DNA of 32,000 nucleotides from Candidatus Saccharimonadota bacterium (GTDB lineage Bacteria; Patescibacteriota; Gracilibacteria; BD1-5; UBA6164): NCBI GenBank assembly GCA_965227835.1, contig OZ245768.1, positions 1,110,001 to 1,142,000 of the forward strand, read 5' to 3'. Shown piece by piece: positions 29,754 to 32,000 of this stretch (position 1 is its first letter; each line of letters starts with the position of its first letter). The notes under the pieces were generated by a model. It saw only the letters and a program-made list of their open reading frames with translations, ran no database searches and was not told where the DNA came from. The position numbers and the translations under genes were made by a program.

Positions 29754-29984
29754 GATAAGTAAAGTAAATATTTTTATGATATATCTTTAAGAGCAAAAAT
29801 TCTATTTTTGAACCTAATTTTAATCTTTTCAAAAATACCTTGCCCCAATATTCCAAGAATCAAAACTCACCTCAGTCCAAGACCTCAACCTAACTTGGAA
29901 CCTCAGCCCCAACCCCTCTCCTCTAAGGAAAGGAGGAATAGAACAGAGGAAGTAGAACATTAACTAAAAATTATTTATTTCTTT

Positions 29985-30012
29985 TTGAAACATTTTTACA
30001 ATTTTATATAAT
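29985..30012 (+). promoter_or_regulatory. Sigma70-like promoter of gdh
   Basis: TTGAAA (29985-29990), a 16-nt spacer, then TATAAT (30007-30012). It lies about 40 nt upstream of the ATG. Confidence 0.45.
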
Positions 30013-30052
30013 TTTTTTAAATATTTTACATACAATTAATTATATAAAAAAT

Positions 30053-31300
30053 ATGATGGATCCTTTTAAAAATGCTTTGAAGCAACTTAACGATTCTTGC
30101 AGTCTTTTTGAGTACTGTACAAACAATGAAAATATATTTGCTCAAATTTCACAGCCTAAAAGAGTTTTGGAAGTAAATCTTCCAGTTGAAATGGATGACT
30201 GAAGTATCAAAGTTTTTACAGCTTATAGATCACAACATAATGATTCAAGATGACCTTTTAAATGAGGTATTAGATTTCATCCAGATGTTACTTTGTCTGA
30301 AGTAAAAGCTCTTTCTTTATGGATGACTTTTAAATGCTGAGTGATTGATATTCCTCTTGGTTGATGAAAGGGAGGAGTAATTGTAAATCCTAAAGATTTA
30401 AGCGAGAGAGAATTAGAAAGACTTTCTAGGGCTTATGTAAGAGCTATATTTAAATATATTTGACCTGATAGTGATATTCCAGCTCCAGATGTAAATACAA
30501 ATCCAAAAATAATGGCATGGATGATGGATGAATATTCTGTTTTAGCTTGAAAATATTCTCCTTGAAGTTTTACATGAAAGCCTCTTGAAATATGAGGAAG
30601 TAAGGGAAGAGCTACAGCTACAGCACAAGGTTGAGTTTATGTATTGCAAACTATTTTAAAAGAATTCTCACTGGATATTAAGTGAAAAAAGATTGCTATA
30701 CAATGAGCTTGAAATGCTTGATTGACAGCTTGAGAATTACTGAAAGATTTATGAGCTAGGATAGTTGCTATTTCTGACTCTAAATGATGAGTTTATGATG
30801 AAAACTGACTAGATTTGTGAGAAATTTCTAGACTTAAAGCTTCTAGGAAGTCTGTTATAGAATATAGTTGAGGTTCTATCTTAAAAGCAAAAGAAATTCT
30901 TGAACTTGATGTAGATATTTTAATTCCTGCCGCTCTTGAAAATCAAATTACTTTGAAAAATGCTTCCAGTATAAAGGCTCCTTTTATATTAGAACTTGCC
31001 AACGGACCTGTTACACCAGAAGCAGATGAGATTTTAGAAAAAAACTCTATAAAGGTAGTTCCAGATATTTTAGCAAATTCGGGAGGAGTTATGGTTTCTT
31101 ATTTTGAGCAGGTTCAAAATAATATGAATTTTTATTGGGATGAGCAAGAAGTTGATTCTAAACTTTATAAAAAGATAAGTAGTGCTAGTATTGATGTTTT
31201 CAATACTTCTAAGCAGTATGGTTGTAGTCTTAGAAATTGAGCATATATAGTTTCTATAAAAAGAGTTATGGATGCTATGAAACTTAGAACAGAGGTTTAA
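30053..31300 (+). CDS. gdh: Glutamate dehydrogenase (Glu/Leu/Phe/Val dehydrogenase family), 415 aa
   Basis: Motifs are [45 protein letters not shown] and [10 protein letters not shown]. About two thirds of its glycines are TGA. ATG 30053, TAA 31298-31300. Confidence 0.9.
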
Positions 31301-31316
31301 AAATTTCCTCAAAAAA

Positions 31317-31377
31317 TTTTTTCAACAGAGAGCTTTAGATTTTTGCTATTGTAGTAAATTTCTATTTTTGAAAAAAG
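31317..31377 (+). repeat. 61-nt intergenic repeat, copy 2
   Basis: See 15086-15146. A partial third match, AAATTCTATTTTTGAA, is at 29797-29812. Confidence 0.6.
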
Positions 31378-31407
31378 AAAGCCCCGGTCTGGAACCGGGG
31401 ATTTTCT
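31371..31407. terminator. Bidirectional GC-rich terminator (gdh and the convergent small ORF)
   Basis: CCCCGGT-CTGGA-ACCGGGG (31382-31400) is flanked by an A-rich segment upstream and a T-rich segment downstream. Confidence 0.75.
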
Positions 31408-31672
31408 AGTTTTGCTTTTTGTTTAAGGTTTCACTAATATGTAACATTATTCTTTTTTCTGCATCACTAATGTGTGATATTATTACTTTTCTTAAATTAC
31501 AAATAAGATCACCTATTAATAAAATGAAAAAAAATAATGCTAACACAAAAAAAAATTTATTCCCTTCAAATAAGGCCACATGAAGACAAAGAAGTGGTAA
31601 AGATGTAACCACTATTTTAGAAATCAAATTTACTATTTTAGCAATATTACCAACAATACCAAATTCTTCCAT
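31406..31672 (-). CDS. Small membrane protein, 88 aa, hypothetical
   Basis: ATG 31670-31672 is preceded by AGGAG 8 nt upstream, and the stop TAG 31406-31408 is genuine under code 25. Two hydrophobic segments are present. No TGA codons occur. Confidence 0.5.
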   Translation of the reverse strand: MEEFGIVGNIAKIVNLISKIVVTSLPLLCLHVALFEGNKFFFVLALFFFILLIGDLICNLRKVIISHISDAEKRIMLHISETLNKKQN

Positions 31673-31781
31673 AACAGTTCTCCTAAAGAAGAAACAGCAA
31701 AACTATACGAGATATATAGATTTGCCATTTAAAGGTTTAAAAATTAAAACAGAAAAAGCAAATTTTCTATTCTCGTATATT

Positions 31782-31812
31782 GATTATATCATATTTTTCA
31801 CATATAAGTCAA
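31782..31812 (-). promoter_or_regulatory. Extended -10 promoter (TGATATAAT) with TTGACT -35 for the small ORF
   Basis: The reverse complement of 31782-31790 is TGATATAAT, and TTGACT is at 31812-31807 (19-nt spacer). It predicts a leader of about 100 nt containing a 9-bp inverted repeat TATACGAGA/TCTCGTATA. Confidence 0.35.
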
Positions 31813-31837
31813 AAAAATCCCCGGTCTGGAACCGGGG
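31811..31837 (-). terminator. Terminator of the partial gene at the window end; identical hairpin to 31382-31400
   Basis: CCCCGGTCTGGAACCGGGG (31819-31837) is identical over 19 nt to 31382-31400. On the minus strand it is followed by ATTTTTTT. Confidence 0.75.
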
Positions 31838-31853
31838 AGAGTTTTGTCTTTTG

Positions 31854-32000
31854 CTATCCTGTTGGCATTTCTTGAGAGATAAAATTCTTATCAAAATTTA
31901 CCATTTTATCTATCGTTGATATAGCGATAAACATAATAGAAACTCCTCCTCCGATAAAGCTTGCTATAATTAAATAGTTGAAATTACCATAATCATTTGA
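31854..32000 (-). CDS. C-terminal end of a hypothetical membrane protein (5' part outside the window)
   Basis: The frame is open from the window edge to TAG 31854-31856 (...LIIASFIGGGVSIMFIAISTIDKMVNFDKNFISQEMPTG) and is followed by a strong terminator. Confidence 0.45.
   Translation of the reverse strand, partial: SNDYGNFNYLIIASFIGGGVSIMFIAISTIDKMVNFDKNFISQEMPTG

Noticed and set aside
29840-29925. A tmRNA-like 5' end (GGGGCTGA...) on the minus strand.
   Set aside because: No tRNA-Ala-like T arm or ACCA 3' end lies at the expected distance, and the downstream sequence on that strand is the comEC coding region.
29900-30052. A possible riboswitch or leader RNA upstream of gdh (GGAAGTAG and AGGAGG blocks, alternative pairings).
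   Set aside because: The best promoter (TTGAAA-16-TATAAT at 29985-30012) lies downstream of the tract, so the tract would not be part of the gdh leader. I also could not match a known riboswitch consensus from memory.
30053-31300. TGA could encode Trp (code 4, Mollicutes-like), given the very low G+C.
   Set aside because: TGA falls on invariant glycines in GDH (GPxKGGxRFH, GGGKGG), MutL, PepA and methyltransferase SAM motifs. Trp positions use TGG.
1-32000. The window could be read as a heavily pseudogenised or non-coding region, because the standard-code track shows almost only short ORFs.
   Set aside because: The fragmentation disappears completely when TGA is translated. The resulting proteins are full length with intact catalytic motifs.
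1-32000. CRISPR arrays, rRNA genes or long tandem repeats.
   Set aside because: I found no regularly spaced direct repeats and no rRNA-like sequence on either strand when reading the window.

Overview
This is very AT-rich bacterial DNA, and it only makes sense if TGA is read as glycine (genetic code 25, the Gracilibacteria/Absconditabacteria type of Patescibacteria/CPR). The standard-code ORF track splits almost every real gene at in-frame TGA. Under TGA=Gly, conserved glycines line up in GDH (RGPFKGGIRFHP, PLGGGKGG), MutL (SAGEVVERP, DDGEGI, FGFRGEAL), RsmF, PrmC, PepA and Fmt, and full-length genes appear. The housekeeping genes, mostly on the minus strand, are: a large PG-binding-motif protein (partial), rsmF-like, prmC, AGOG-type glycosylase, pepA, a membrane protein, mutL, a 207-aa protein, a 947-aa LysM protein, an ABC-2 permease, fmt, a type IV pilin-like protein and a WecA/TagO-type transferase. 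On the plus strand are lgt, comEC and gdh. A tRNA cluster (Gly-UCC, Ile-GAU, Pro-UGG) sits at 5837-6170. Immediately 3' of tRNA-Pro lies a roughly 5.9-kb accessory segment bounded by a 12-nt direct repeat of the tRNA-Pro 3' end. It contains a 5'-truncated serine recombinase fragment abutting a 5'-truncated Res-like nuclease fragment. It also contains a three-gene cassette: a small helical protein, an 800-aa toxin-like protein with a C-terminal Zeta-toxin/P-loop kinase domain, and a small downstream candidate immunity gene. The toxin-like gene is split by a 1.2-kb IS5-family element whose transposase itself uses TGA=Gly. Next to this segment are a class II Fic gene and a compositionally foreign purB cassette (TGA-free, G+C-richer, strong SD) flanked by direct repeats. 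Several intergenic sequence modules and an identical GC-rich hairpin recur in the window. All calls come from manual translation and motif recognition. No database search was run.
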